Assembly (NCBI GenBank): GCA_023382975.1
Contig: JAHDXO010000005.1
Location: 44,876 to 108,875 of the forward strand
Source of the DNA: Pirellulaceae bacterium
GTDB lineage: Bacteria > Planctomycetota > Planctomycetia > Pirellulales > Pirellulaceae
DNA: 64,000 nt
Reading direction: 5' to 3'
Shown: one piece after another, positions 18,405 through 28,772 of the stretch
Position numbering within the stretch: the stretch's first letter is position 1
Layout: every line of letters begins with the position of its first letter
Position numbers and translations under genes: made by a program
Notes under the pieces: model-generated
Seen by the model: the letters and a program-made list of their open reading frames with translations, nothing else
Told to the model about the DNA's origin: nothing
Databases searched by the model: none

Positions 18405-20423
18405 TCACGCGCCCAGCAGAACGGCACCGTACGCCTGGTGACAGGCGGCGACAACTTGGTCGCGAATCTGGTCGGCCTCTTCGTTGGTCAGCGTACGCTG
18501 GGCGGAACGCAGCGTGATCGAGAAAAGTTGCCGCTTCTTGCCCGATCCGTCTTTCTCCGGATCGCGGTACGTTTCCTGGTAGCTGACGCTCTCCAAGCAC
18601 TCGCCCGCCGAGTCGCGCACGGTCTGTTCCAGTTGAGACCAGCGCACTAGTTCGTCGACGATCAGGTTCAGGTCGCGTTCGATCGGCGGATAGGGGCTCT
18701 GATCAGCGTGCTGCGGGATCAGGCAAGCGATCTCGACCAGCACCGATAGATCCAATTCCGCGATCGTGGTTCCGGTTCGCAATCCGCACTGCTTCAGACT
18801 CTCGTCGGCCAGTTCGCCCAAGAATCCGAATCGCCGTCCGCCGAGCCTCAGTTCGGCGCTGCACGCGGGATTCAACAGCGGTTGACGAGTGTCCGACACC
18901 TCCAGCCGCAAGGCGGGATTCAACGCCTCTACGATCGCCTCGACCACGCCCTTGACTCGGTAGTAGTCGCCACCACTGGTGATTCCAAGCGTCCATTGTT
19001 CGTGCGGCAACTGACCGGCACGCGGCAGATAGATGCGGGCCGTTTCGAACAACTCGATCACGGCGTTGCCCAGCGATTGGTTCACGCGGCGGACTTCCAG
19101 CAGGCTGGGCACCAAGCTGCACCGCAACCGGTCGGCGCCTTTCAGCATGGGCGTGCTGGCACGCAGCGGCTGGGCGTCGCTCCACGGGCAGAAGACGGCG
19201 TGCCATGCTTCGGGCACGACGCTGGACGTCATTGCTTCGTCCAAACCGGCGGCGGTCAGCACGCCGCGGACCTTGCTCTGCACGCGGTCCTCGTCGCGGC
19301 GATGCGACGGCGCCATCGGCACGCCGACGTCTTCGGGGATTTGGTCGTAGCCGTGCACTCGGGCCACCTCTTCGACCAGATCGATCTCCCGCGTCAGATC
19401 ACGCCGCCAACTGGGCGGCACGACCGTCACCTGGGAAGCGTCGGCAGCTTGCTCCCGGCAACCCAGATCGCCCAGCATGCGGCGGACCTCGGCGGCCGGG
19501 ATCTCGATGCCCAACACCCGTGGCAGTTGGCTGAGCCGCAGGACAACCGGCTCGCGCGGCGAAACCGGCGGCCCGACGTCGACGACGCCTTCGGTCAGTT
19601 CGCCTCCCGCCAGCTCCAGGATCAATTGGCAACAACGCCGGCTGGCCCAGTCAACTCCAACCGGATCGACGCCGCGTTCAAAGCGGTAGGAAGACGGGCT
19701 GTGCAGACCGAGCGCGCGAGCCGTCGTGCGGATCGAGAGCGGGGCAAATTCGGCGGACTCGATCAGCAGATCGGCGGTCGCTTCGCCAACTTCCGTGTCC
19801 GCTCCGCCCATCACGCCGCCCAATGCCACCGCGCGGTCGGCGTCGGCAATCACGCACATGCCGGGCTGCAGATCGTACAGCTTGTGGTTGATCGCCAGAA
19901 ACTGCTCGCCCGGCAATGCCTCGCGGACGATGATCTCGCGTCCCGCCAGCTTGGCCAGGTCGAACGCGTGCAGCGGCTGGCCGCATTCCATCAGCACATA
20001 GTTCGTTACGTCGACCACGTTGTTGACCGCGGCGATGCCGATGGTTTGCAGACGCTGAACCAGCCAGTCGGGGCTAGGACCGATTCGCACCCCGCGCACC
20101 ACGCGAGCGATGTAGCGGTAGCAGAATTGCGGACAGACGATCGAGACCTTGGCCAGCGAATCCACCGGCGGACCGACCTCGTTCAACTCGACCCGAGGCA
20201 CGGTCAACGGCCGTTGCCACAGCACGGCGATTTCGCGGGCCACGCCGATATGACCCAGGCAGTCCGGTCGATTGCTGGTCACTTCTAAATCGATCGCGAG
20301 ATCCTGACCAGCGCCGGTCGAACTTTCGTGATTCAGGCCGGCCATTGCCAAGCGATGGACCAACTGGTCCGGCGCCATGTCCAGCTCGACGTAATCTTTC
20401 AGCCAGTTCCAGGAGACGATCAT
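18405..20423 (-). CDS. pheT: Phenylalanine--tRNA ligase beta subunit, short form lacking the N-terminal OB tRNA-binding domain.
   Basis: MIVSWNWLKDYVELDMAPDQLVHRLAMAGL matches the PheT N-terminus. 672 aa. It lies 3 nt downstream of pheS. Confidence 0.85.
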   Translation of the reverse strand: MIVSWNWLKDYVELDMAPDQLVHRLAMAGLNHESSTGAGQDLAIDLEVTSNRPDCLGHIGVAREIAVLWQRPLTVPRVELNEVGPPVDSLAKVSIVCPQFCYRYIARVVRGVRIGPSPDWLVQRLQTIGIAAVNNVVDVTNYVLMECGQPLHAFDLAKLAGREIIVREALPGEQFLAINHKLYDLQPGMCVIADADRAVALGGVMGGADTEVGEATADLLIESAEFAPLSIRTTARALGLHSPSSYRFERGVDPVGVDWASRRCCQLILELAGGELTEGVVDVGPPVSPREPVVLRLSQLPRVLGIEIPAAEVRRMLGDLGCREQAADASQVTVVPPSWRRDLTREIDLVEEVARVHGYDQIPEDVGVPMAPSHRRDEDRVQSKVRGVLTAAGLDEAMTSSVVPEAWHAVFCPWSDAQPLRASTPMLKGADRLRCSLVPSLLEVRRVNQSLGNAVIELFETARIYLPRAGQLPHEQWTLGITSGGDYYRVKGVVEAIVEALNPALRLEVSDTRQPLLNPACSAELRLGGRRFGFLGELADESLKQCGLRTGTTIAELDLSVLVEIACLIPQHADQSPYPPIERDLNLIVDELVRWSQLEQTVRDSAGECLESVSYQETYRDPEKDGSGKKRQLFSITLRSAQRTLTNEEADQIRDQVVAACHQAYGAVLLGA

Positions 20424-20426
20424 AAT

Positions 20427-21449
20427 TCAAAATTGATGCAGGAATCGGACGTCGTTCTTGTAAAATTCGCGGATATCGGTGATCCGGTGCCGCCGCATGC
20501 ACAGCCGCTCGACGCCCAAGCCGAATGCGAAGCCGATGACCTGCTCCGGATCGTAACCGACCGCCCGCAACACGTTCGGGTCCACCATGCCCGCTCCGCC
20601 GAATTCGATCCACTGGTCGTTCCAGTGGTAATCGACCTCGACACTCGGCTCGGTGAACGGGAAAAACGAAGGCCGGAACCGGATATGCACGTCGCCGCCC
20701 AGATAGCTGGTCGCGAACAGCCTCAGGACGCTTTTCAAGTCGGCCATGGTGACATGGCGATCAATCAGCAAGCCTTCCATCTGGTGGAACATCGGGTAGT
20801 GCGTGGCGTCCGCCGTATCGGGCCGATAGACGCGGCCCAGCGAGATGATCCGCACCGGCGGCGGAGTACTTTCCATCACCCGGATCTGCACGGTGCTGGT
20901 TTGGCTCCGCAAGAGCAGCGGCGAATCCCCGGCGAGTTTCTCTGCCGCGCTCAGGTAGAAATTGTCCAACGGGTCGCGAGCCGGGTGTTCGCGCGGGATG
21001 TTCAACGCCTCGAAGTTATGCCACTCGTCCTCGATCTCCGGGCCTTCGGCAGCCGAAAATCCCAGCCGGCCCATGATGTCCTTCAATTCTTCGATCGTCT
21101 GCGTGATCGGATGCAGTCGGCCGCTACGCACCGGCGTGCCGGGCAGTGTCGGGTCGAAGTGCGGTCCCCGCTGGACCCGAGGCCCGCCGCTGGCCAGTCG
21201 CTCGGTCGCAGCCTGAAACGCTGCTTCGACTCGCTGCTTGACCTCGTTGAACCGCATCCCCGCCGCGCGACGGTCGGTCGAATCGATACCGCCCATCTGC
21301 TTCTGGACCGCCTTCACACGGCCCTGCTTGGCACCCAGATATTCGACGCGCGCCGCCTCGACCGACTCGGCATCGTCTGCCGAACCAAAGGCTTGCTCGG
21401 CTGCCGAAGCCAAGTCATCCAACTGCTGAAGGAATTCCGCCAATGCCAT
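20427..21449 (-). CDS. pheS: Phenylalanine--tRNA ligase alpha subunit.
   Basis: Class II aaRS motifs are present ([16 protein letters not shown]; [10 protein letters not shown]). It is adjacent to pheT. Confidence 0.9.
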   Translation of the reverse strand: MALAEFLQQLDDLASAAEQAFGSADDAESVEAARVEYLGAKQGRVKAVQKQMGGIDSTDRRAAGMRFNEVKQRVEAAFQAATERLASGGPRVQRGPHFDPTLPGTPVRSGRLHPITQTIEELKDIMGRLGFSAAEGPEIEDEWHNFEALNIPREHPARDPLDNFYLSAAEKLAGDSPLLLRSQTSTVQIRVMESTPPPVRIISLGRVYRPDTADATHYPMFHQMEGLLIDRHVTMADLKSVLRLFATSYLGGDVHIRFRPSFFPFTEPSVEVDYHWNDQWIEFGGAGMVDPNVLRAVGYDPEQVIGFAFGLGVERLCMRRHRITDIREFYKNDVRFLHQF

Positions 21450-21546
21450 CTTACTGAGATCTCGAAGCGGCTGAAACGAAACGAGAGACAGGCCCTGTTC
21501 GTTCCAGGCCCGTCTCTCGGATGAATGCGAGCAACACTCTCTGCGA

Positions 21547-21568
21547 TCGCCGAATTCGCGAGAATTCG
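21547..21568. repeat. Copy of the GAATTC-N4-GAATTC palindromic repeat, located between rplT and pheS.
   Basis: cgccGAATTCgcgaGAATTCggatg. Confidence 0.7.
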
Positions 21569-21586
21569 GATGTCTCCGGCCGACGG

Positions 21587-21943
21587 TCAGGCTGCCAGCG
21601 CCGTCTTGACCCGGTTCACCACCTCGCCAAACGCCGCGGGATCAGCGACTGCCAACTCGGCCAACGAACGACGGTCCAGTTCGATACCGGCCTGCTTCAG
21701 GCCGCCGATGAACTCGCTGTACCTCAGACCGTGCTGGCTAACCGCCGCGTTGATGCGGATGATCCACAACTTGCGGAAATCGCGTTTGCGAGCCCGCCGG
21801 TCTCGAAACGCATACGCGCCGGCACGAACCAGCGTCTCTTTCACCGTGCGCAGCAACGTGCCGCGCCCGCCACGGTAACCCTTGGCCCGCTTGAACAGAC
21901 GTCTCTTCGCCTGGTTGCGGGCAGCGCCTTTTGTCGTTCTCAT
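21587..21943 (-). CDS. rplT: 50S ribosomal protein L20.
   Basis: [28 protein letters not shown]...AVADPAAF is the canonical L20 sequence. Confidence 0.9.
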   Translation of the reverse strand: MRTTKGAARNQAKRRLFKRAKGYRGGRGTLLRTVKETLVRAGAYAFRDRRARKRDFRKLWIIRINAAVSQHGLRYSEFIGGLKQAGIELDRRSLAELAVADPAAFGEVVNRVKTALAA

Positions 21944-22018
21944 GGTTCTCTACGACTCCCTTACGCCATCAGGCCCCCTTCATCCACAGAAGGGTGTTAT
22001 GCGCCCATCGCGTTCAAA

Positions 22019-22222
22019 TTAGTAGCTATTTCCTGCCAGTGCCGCGCGAATTGATTTTTCCATCGGCTTATCCACCACTTTGGTGCCGCGCAGATTTCGC
22101 TTCCGCTTGGCGGATACGCGAGTCTGCAAGTGGCTCGTTCCCGCTTGGCGATGCTTGGCATGGCCCTTGGCGGTCAATCGAAAGCGTTTCTTGGTCCCTT
22201 TGTGCGTCTTCTGCTTCGGCAT
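22019..22222 (-). CDS. rpmI: 50S ribosomal protein L35.
   Basis: MPKQKTHKGTKKRFRLTAKG is the canonical L35 start. The ORF track begins 4 codons earlier (MATT). Confidence 0.85.
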   Translation of the reverse strand: MPKQKTHKGTKKRFRLTAKGHAKHRQAGTSHLQTRVSAKRKRNLRGTKVVDKPMEKSIRAALAGNSY

Positions 22223-22532
22223 TGTTGTGGCCAACCTTGAATATCGCGAGAAATCCCCAAGTCAAAACGCACAAGTGTACTTTCCTCGCTCCGGCAGGGA
22301 AAGGGGGATCGTCAAGAAACGCTTGCCGAGTGCCTGCGTGGCTGGACAGCAGTGCATTTTCGGCCAGCGCATCCGCCGAGACTCGTCCGAGCTACCGTCC
22401 ATGCATTCAGTGGAAGAAGTGTCTCGGAATCGGGGAACCTTGCCGAACGAACCTCCACGAATATAATCAGAACATCGGAGACGGAGATACACAACACGGG
22501 GGATTCGTTCCAGCAGAGAGGTTGAACATTCG

Positions 22533-23225
22533 ATGATGCGACGACCGATCAAACTTGCGATCGCCGCGGCCGTTTTCTTGACGACAGGCGTCGTTCCGGC
22601 ATCAGGCCAGCAACCCGCGGGGGCTGAGCAACCGGTCGTCGTCGAACAACGGGTGTACGAGACCGGCCCCCTATCCGCTCGCGATTTTCAAGCCAAGATC
22701 CCCGCGGACAACCGGGGTTTGGATGCCTGGACGACCACCGATCTGGTTTATCGCCTCGAGTACCAGACTCGCATCACCAGCCGAATTGCCTCGGTATGGA
22801 CGACCCAAGTTACCGTCGAGGCCGTGGTGATTCCCGGCAAGTCGTGGAACCGCCGGCCGGACGATTCGGCATTGATGGACCATGAACAGGGCCATTTTGA
22901 TCTTAGTCAAATCGCCGCCCTCCGTGCCCGCATTCACTTTGCAAATCAGCGACTCACCGGGACGGCGACCACGGCGGAAGCGGCGGCCCGCAACCTGGAT
23001 AACGAGGTGCAGCGACAGATCCGCGAGTTCTTCGAAGCGTTGCGGCTCGAGCACGAGGACTACGACCGGCTGACGCGCCACGGGCGTGATGAGTCCAAGC
23101 AACGTGAACAACGTCGCCTACAGCAAGAGGAACTTGCCAAGCTGACCGAACAATGGCGGCAACTGCAAGCCCATCAAACGTCGCGATCCAAGAGTCGGCC
23201 CGCGCGGCGGGCGCCGAACCCATGA
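22533..23225 (+). CDS. Secreted putative Zn-dependent peptidase (DUF922-like, HExxH motif).
   Basis: It has a signal peptide (MMRRPIKLAIAAAVFLTTGVVPASG) and the motif HEQGHFDL. A GAGAGG RBS precedes the ATG at 22533. Confidence 0.5.
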   Translation: MMRRPIKLAIAAAVFLTTGVVPASGQQPAGAEQPVVVEQRVYETGPLSARDFQAKIPADNRGLDAWTTTDLVYRLEYQTRITSRIASVWTTQVTVEAVVIPGKSWNRRPDDSALMDHEQGHFDLSQIAALRARIHFANQRLTGTATTAEAAARNLDNEVQRQIREFFEALRLEHEDYDRLTRHGRDESKQREQRRLQQEELAKLTEQWRQLQAHQTSRSKSRPARRAPNP

Positions 23226-23296
23226 GACAATCCCTCGTCCGCGCGAGCTTCGTCGCTTCCCGAAAATAGCTAACAAGGTCAGCGTTGACTTGAGAG

Positions 23297-24796
23297 GTGA
23301 TGCTCAGGCAGATAAAGTTGGGTTTGCCGAGTAGGAACGCAGGCGTGACGATGACAAAAGGAGATGGTGTGGTGACTGCAACGACCAATCGAACTGCCGA
23401 TCGGCGGCGATTCTTCAAGACGGGCGCCGCGGCGACCTTGGGGTGGACCCTCGGCGCGCCGCGCGTCCAAGGCGACGATACCACGGCCGGACTCGTCCAG
23501 GACGGCGCGTACATCGAGCCGTCCCAACGCGTGCCGATCGCGGCCGAAGCCGACGTGGTCGTATGCGGCGGAGGCCCCGCAGGTGTCGCCGCCGCGCTGG
23601 CAGCCGCCCGAGCCGGTGCGAAGACGCGACTGCTGGAGGCCCACGGTTGTCTGGGCGGCATCTGGACCAGCGGCCTGCTGAGCTACATCCTTGATTCGGG
23701 CAACAAGCCCGGGATCATGCGCGAGATCCTCGCGGCGCTGCAGGCTCGCGAAAGAGATGCCCGCCGCGCACCGTCGATGTACGACCCCGAAGCGATCAAG
23801 CTGCTGCTGGAACAGATGTGTGACGAGGCCGGAGTCGAACTGCAATTGCACACGCAATGTGCTGCGGCGGTTCGCGATGCGGTCAACCGACTGGCGTTGA
23901 TCGTGACCGAGTCCAAGTCGGGTCGCGAAGCCGTCGCGGGCAAGGTGTTCATCGACTGTACGGGCGAAGGCGATGTGGCCCATCAAGCCGGCTGTGGATG
24001 GGACTACGGCCGACCGGAAACCGGCGAAGCGCAGCCGATGAGTTTTGTTGTCTTGTTGACCGGTATCCACCTGGACGAAATCCGGCCATACGTTTCGTCG
24101 CTGCCCGGCGACACATGGGCCGGGCCGAAGGACGCCCTGGCCGGGTTGATCAAAGAGTCCAGCGGTTTCGGTCCTTCCTACTCGAAACCCTCGTTGTTCC
24201 CGATCCGCGAGACGCTGTTCTGCCTGATGGCCAACCACGAATACGGACTGCGGGGATTCGACGCGCGCGACGTCACGAAAGCCACGTTGCAGGGACGCGC
24301 CGAGTTGCATCGGATGATCGACGGTTTGCGCAGCCTGGGAGGCCCCTGGAAAGACATTCGCATCTGCAGTTCGCCGGAACGGATCGGCGTCCGCGAGAGC
24401 CGCCGCATTCACGGCCGCTACACAATCAGTAGCGACGACATCGCGCGCGGTGCCCAGTTCGACGACGCCGTCTGCCGCTGTGAGTTTCCCGTCGACGTGC
24501 ATTCGACCACAACGGACCGGGGCAAGGGCATCGAGGCGGCTCCCGTCCGCGCAAAGCCGTTCGACATCCCTTACCGCTCGCTCGTGGCCAAGGACGTTGA
24601 CGGCCTGATGATGGCCGGCCGCTGCATTTCCGGCGACTTCTACGCCCACTCGGCATACCGGGTGACCGGCAACGCAGTCGCCATGGGCCAAGCGGCCGGG
24701 TTGGCCGCCGCCACCGCGGCGAAAGACGGCGTGCGTCCGCATGAGATCGATTGGGCGGACTTGGCCAAAACGGCACCGTGGAGCGGGAACGCTTGA
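23297..24796 (+). CDS. Tat-secreted FAD-dependent oxidoreductase (FAD_oxidored / GIDA-like family).
   Basis: Twin-arginine motif RRRFFKTGAAATLG. FAD-binding GxGxxG within DVVVCGGGPAGVAAALAAARAG. A likely alternative start is at 23351 (MTKGD). Confidence 0.7.
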   Translation: MMLRQIKLGLPSRNAGVTMTKGDGVVTATTNRTADRRRFFKTGAAATLGWTLGAPRVQGDDTTAGLVQDGAYIEPSQRVPIAAEADVVVCGGGPAGVAAALAAARAGAKTRLLEAHGCLGGIWTSGLLSYILDSGNKPGIMREILAALQARERDARRAPSMYDPEAIKLLLEQMCDEAGVELQLHTQCAAAVRDAVNRLALIVTESKSGREAVAGKVFIDCTGEGDVAHQAGCGWDYGRPETGEAQPMSFVVLLTGIHLDEIRPYVSSLPGDTWAGPKDALAGLIKESSGFGPSYSKPSLFPIRETLFCLMANHEYGLRGFDARDVTKATLQGRAELHRMIDGLRSLGGPWKDIRICSSPERIGVRESRRIHGRYTISSDDIARGAQFDDAVCRCEFPVDVHSTTTDRGKGIEAAPVRAKPFDIPYRSLVAKDVDGLMMAGRCISGDFYAHSAYRVTGNAVAMGQAAGLAAATAAKDGVRPHEIDWADLAKTAPWSGNA

Positions 24797-24884
24797 TCGG
24801 TTGGCCTCGGTGCCAGGAACGCCTTGCGCCGCCAGTTACCGCCGCATCGTTGCGAGTCATTGCCCGCCGATTGTTCTGCGCCTT

Positions 24885-27026
24885 TCAGGACGGCCGACGG
24901 AGCATCACCCGGCTATCGGCTACGGAACAACCTTGACCTTGGGGATGAACGATCAGTGGATTGATGTCCAGTTCCGAGATCTCGGGATGATTGCAGACCA
25001 TTTCGGAAACTCGCAACAGCGTGTCCACGATCGCGTCGAGGTCCGCGGGCGGATTGCCGCGGAAACCGTCCAACACCTGGAACGAACGGATCTGGCGGAC
25101 CATGCGTTCGGCCGAGATCCTCCACATCGGAGCCAAGCGAAACGAGACGTCTTTCAGCACCTCGACCAGCGTGCCACCAAGCCCAAACATCATCAGCGGT
25201 CCGAAGCGGGCATCGCGGCTGGCGCCCAGAATGACTTCGACCCCCTTGTTCGCCAGTTCCTCGATCAAGATGCCTTGGATTTTGGCCCCGGGGACGGCCC
25301 GCAGGACGTTCTGCACGATCTTGTTGTAGGCGGTTCGAGCTTCATCCTCGCCCTGGATGTTCAGCAGTACGCCGCCCGCGTCGAACTTGTGGACCACGTC
25401 CGACGACATCACCTTCATGACGATCGGCGTACCGAACGATGCGGCGACGTGCGAGGCTTCCTCCGCCGATTGGACGGTTGCGCTGCGCAACAGCGGCAGA
25501 CGATAGCATTCCAGCAACGGACGGCACTCGGCCTGCGTCAAGTAACGCTGGTCCTGGCCGTCCAACGCCGCGTCGATCAGCCCCCGAGCCCGTTCCACTT
25601 CCATGTCCTGGAACACCTGCATCTCGCGGCGCGGGATTTCATGCAGGGCCACCAAGCGTTCAGCCGCCGCCAGGCTGCGGATGGCGTCTTCAGGAAAGGG
25701 ATAGTTCGGAATGCCGGCTTTGCGCAGAATATTGACGCCCGGAGCCACGTCCTTGGCCCCCATGAAGGCGCACACGACGGGTTTCTTGATCCCCCGCACC
25801 GCGTCCGGCACGACCGCCGCAGTCTCCTCGATGTCCGTCATCGACTGGGGCGTCAGAATGACCATTGCCATGTCGACGTTCTCGTCTTCCAATACGGTGC
25901 GCACCGCCGACTGGTAGCGGTCTGCGCGAGCGTCCCCGATCACGTCGATGGGATTCCGCAGCGACGCGGTGGACGGCAGCGATGCCTTCAGCTTCTCGCG
26001 AGTGCCTGTGCCGAGTTCCGCCAACTTCAGGCCAAACCGGACGGCGGCGTCCGTCGCCATGATGCCTGGTCCACCCGCATTTGTCACGATCGCCACGCGA
26101 CCGCCGCGCGGCAAGGGTTGGGTGCAGTACAGGGCCGCCGAGTCGAACAACTCGGCGATCGTATCCACCCGCTGGACACCGCTTTGCACCAGCAGCGCAT
26201 CGTACACCGAATCGGAGCCAGCCAGCGAGCCCGTGTGACTGCTGGCCGCTTTGGCGCCCTCCGGGGTCCGACCCGATTTGAGGCACAGCATCGGTTTATG
26301 CGTTTCCCAGAAGATCTTCCGCACGGTCTCGATGAATCGGCGACCGTCGGAAATGTCCTCCAAATACATGGCGATGACGTCCGTCGTGGGATCGTTCGCC
26401 AGGTACTCCAGCAGGTCGATCTCGTTCACGCCGGCTTTGTTCCCGAAACTGATGAATTTGCTGAAGCCCATGTGCCGCTCCTCGGCATAGTCGAGCACCG
26501 ACGTGCAAAGGGCTCCGCTCTGCGACAGAAACGCCAGATTCCCGGGCCCGGGCATTTTGCGACCAAAGGCTGCGTTCATCCGGACGGCTGGATCCGTGTT
26601 GATCACTCCGAGACAGTTGGGGCCGATCAATGGGATGCCTGCGGTCTGCACCTTCTCCCGCAGACGTTCTTCCAACTCGACGCCCTTGCCGCCGATCTCT
26701 TTGAATCCGGCCGAAATGACGACCATCGCTTGCACCTGTGTCGCAATTGCCTGGTCGACGACATCGAGAATTCCGGCAGCGGGCACGATCACGACGGCCA
26801 AATCCATCTTGCCGGGCACGCTCATCAGGTCGGGATAGCAGTGGACGCCGAGAACATTGGTGGCCTTCGGATTGATCGGATAGACGCTACCGCGGAACTC
26901 GTTGAACAACAGGTTGCGAAAAATATCGTTTCCCACGGTACCGGGACGTGTCGAGGCACCGACGACGGCAATCGAGGTGGGTTTGAAAATAGCATCCAAT
27001 TTCGCGGTGGGAATGCGATCCGACAT
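24885..27026 (-). CDS. Acetate--CoA ligase (ADP-forming) / acyl-CoA synthetase (NDP-forming), fused alpha and beta domains.
   Basis: CoA-binding domain (SIAVVGASTRPGTVGNDIFRNL), succinyl-CoA-synthetase-like domain, and C-terminal ATP-grasp domain. Start is MSDRIPTAKL at 27026, with 'cat' confirmed and a GAGAGGA RBS. The ORF track extends to 27221. Confidence 0.8.
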   Translation of the reverse strand: MSDRIPTAKLDAIFKPTSIAVVGASTRPGTVGNDIFRNLLFNEFRGSVYPINPKATNVLGVHCYPDLMSVPGKMDLAVVIVPAAGILDVVDQAIATQVQAMVVISAGFKEIGGKGVELEERLREKVQTAGIPLIGPNCLGVINTDPAVRMNAAFGRKMPGPGNLAFLSQSGALCTSVLDYAEERHMGFSKFISFGNKAGVNEIDLLEYLANDPTTDVIAMYLEDISDGRRFIETVRKIFWETHKPMLCLKSGRTPEGAKAASSHTGSLAGSDSVYDALLVQSGVQRVDTIAELFDSAALYCTQPLPRGGRVAIVTNAGGPGIMATDAAVRFGLKLAELGTGTREKLKASLPSTASLRNPIDVIGDARADRYQSAVRTVLEDENVDMAMVILTPQSMTDIEETAAVVPDAVRGIKKPVVCAFMGAKDVAPGVNILRKAGIPNYPFPEDAIRSLAAAERLVALHEIPRREMQVFQDMEVERARGLIDAALDGQDQRYLTQAECRPLLECYRLPLLRSATVQSAEEASHVAASFGTPIVMKVMSSDVVHKFDAGGVLLNIQGEDEARTAYNKIVQNVLRAVPGAKIQGILIEELANKGVEVILGASRDARFGPLMMFGLGGTLVEVLKDVSFRLAPMWRISAERMVRQIRSFQVLDGFRGNPPADLDAIVDTLLRVSEMVCNHPEISELDINPLIVHPQGQGCSVADSRVMLRRPS

Positions 27027-27280
27027 GAGTAATCCTCTCAAGTGATAGCTGACGCCTTGATCCTCGAGCGTCCGTATTGGGAGAAGCCAGTCGCCGCCAG
27101 AACAGGCTGGCAGACTCGGCGTTTTCGGCGGGCAAAGCTCAGGAGGGACGTTGTGGAAAGGCGTGAATTGTAGCAACTCGGACGGCGCGACGATAGCCGT
27201 CAGCCGCCGCCAAGCCACCATTCGAAAAGGCGGTACTCGTGCTCGTTTGCCACTTCCGTGGGGCCATGCGTCGCTTGCGG

Positions 27281-27553
27281 TTACGCATCCCTCAGGAGCG
27301 GCACCAATTCCTCGGGCTCGATCGGTTCCAAACCGTAACTGGCCAGAACCTCATTCACTGCCTCGACGGTCACCAGGTCGGGATACCCGATCTCGATCCC
27401 GATCGGCCGCCCATCGGCGGTCAGATCGGCGATCAACCCCGCTCCGTGCTGTTCTGAGTGAACGCTCCGGTCGCCGTCCTGACGAGGCAAGTACAGATAC
27501 GCCCCCAACGGCTCGCCACCCTGGTAGGTCACGTCGAGACAGACTTCATGCAT
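27281..27553 (-). CDS. DUF2283 domain protein (antitoxin-like partner of DUF4258 in other genomes).
   Basis: 90-aa ORF. MHEVCLDVTYQGGEPLGAYLYL resembles the DUF2283 N-terminus (MK.TYD.EADA.YI.L). Confidence 0.5.
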   Translation of the reverse strand: MHEVCLDVTYQGGEPLGAYLYLPRQDGDRSVHSEQHGAGLIADLTADGRPIGIEIGYPDLVTVEAVNEVLASYGLEPIEPEELVPLLRDA

Positions 27554-27652
27554 GGATGTCCTCCTGGAAATGAGTCCACAATCGAAAACCGCTTGTGCAT
27601 CGCATCCGCGGGCGAAGGGGGCGGTCGAATGAGCCGATTACAGCCGCCGGTT

Positions 27653-28750
27653 CTACTGCTCGCGAAACGGCCGGTCCTGTTCATACAGTTCCAGGCGTTT
27701 CTGCAGCGAGTCGGCTTTTTCCGGGGGTGCGACGCGGATGGCTTCGGCTTGGGTCTCGCGGGCCTTGGTGAAATCGCCCGAGTTGGCCAACGCTGCAGCC
27801 ATCGCATCCAGGCCGCGATGGTCTTGTCGGCCCAGCAGTTCCAACGCTTGCTGGGCGGCTCGCAGGGCCAGTTCGCTGTTCCGCATTTTGCTGTCGGGGC
27901 AAGTGGCCATCAGCCAAGCGGCGCCTTGGTAGGCTCGACCGGATTTCGAATCCAGGCGGATGGCTTGCAGGTAATCGTCCGCGGCGGCCTGCCAGCGTCC
28001 CAGGCTGCGGTTGGCGTCGGCTCGGTTGACCAGCGCTTCGGCGTCTTGGGGCGAGTTGGTCACGGCCCGGTCGTAATCGGCCAACGCCTGCTGGAAGTCG
28101 CGCAGTTGGAAATAGGCGTGCCCGCGGCGGATGTGGAGGTCGTGGTCACCGGGGGCCAGTTCGATGGCCCGGCTGTAGTCGGTGATCGCCGCGTCGAATT
28201 TTTCGAGTTCGTAGTGGATCTCGCCGCGGTTGAACCAGGCATTGACGTAATCCGGCTTCAGTTCCACCACGCGGCTGAAATCGCTGAGGGCCAAATCCAA
28301 CTGGCGGCTGACGGCGCGGCTGACTCCCCGGTTGTGAATCGCCTTCCAGTAATCGCCGTTCAGGGTGATCGCCGTTTCGAATTCCGCCAGTCCTTGCGCG
28401 TCCACCTTGGCCGCCGCCTCGTTCTGTCCCGCCTTGGCCAGGGCGGCTGCCTGTTCGGCGTAGTACTCGCCGCGCTGATTGTGCGCCCACGAACGCAGTT
28501 TCCGTTCGTAGTCGACCAAGCTCTCCGACAAGCCCGTGGCCGACGCCTGTTCGCACAACCGGATGACTTCCGTGTACTGCTCCAGCGTCTTGGCCTGCTG
28601 GCTCTTCGTGTGGGCGTCGCGCAACAGTTGCTTGCCATCCTCGACCGACGGCGCCGGCTGCTGTGCAACGAGCGGCGGGGCCGGGACAACGGCGATGGCA
28701 ATCAACGACAGCGCCAAGGAAAACAAACGGACTCGCTCGGAGCGGAGCAT
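27653..28750 (-). CDS. Secreted tetratricopeptide-repeat (TPR) protein.
   Basis: It has a signal peptide followed by more than six TPR-like units (W..G..YY......A...F..A..L.P....A...RG). Confidence 0.75.
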   Translation of the reverse strand: MLRSERVRLFSLALSLIAIAVVPAPPLVAQQPAPSVEDGKQLLRDAHTKSQQAKTLEQYTEVIRLCEQASATGLSESLVDYERKLRSWAHNQRGEYYAEQAAALAKAGQNEAAAKVDAQGLAEFETAITLNGDYWKAIHNRGVSRAVSRQLDLALSDFSRVVELKPDYVNAWFNRGEIHYELEKFDAAITDYSRAIELAPGDHDLHIRRGHAYFQLRDFQQALADYDRAVTNSPQDAEALVNRADANRSLGRWQAAADDYLQAIRLDSKSGRAYQGAAWLMATCPDSKMRNSELALRAAQQALELLGRQDHRGLDAMAAALANSGDFTKARETQAEAIRVAPPEKADSLQKRLELYEQDRPFREQ

Positions 28751-28772
28751 GGAAATTGCCTTTCTGATGGGA

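Noticed and set aside
24741-27032. 763-aa plus-strand ORF antisense to the acetate--CoA ligase gene. Similar long antisense ORFs occur at 55443-57155, 61731-63362, 10065-11687, 20328-21524 and 7392-8504.
   Set aside because: All are mirror images of genes with strong family signatures on the other strand. Their composition (R/G/A/P-rich) and lack of motifs indicate GC-driven spurious ORFs.
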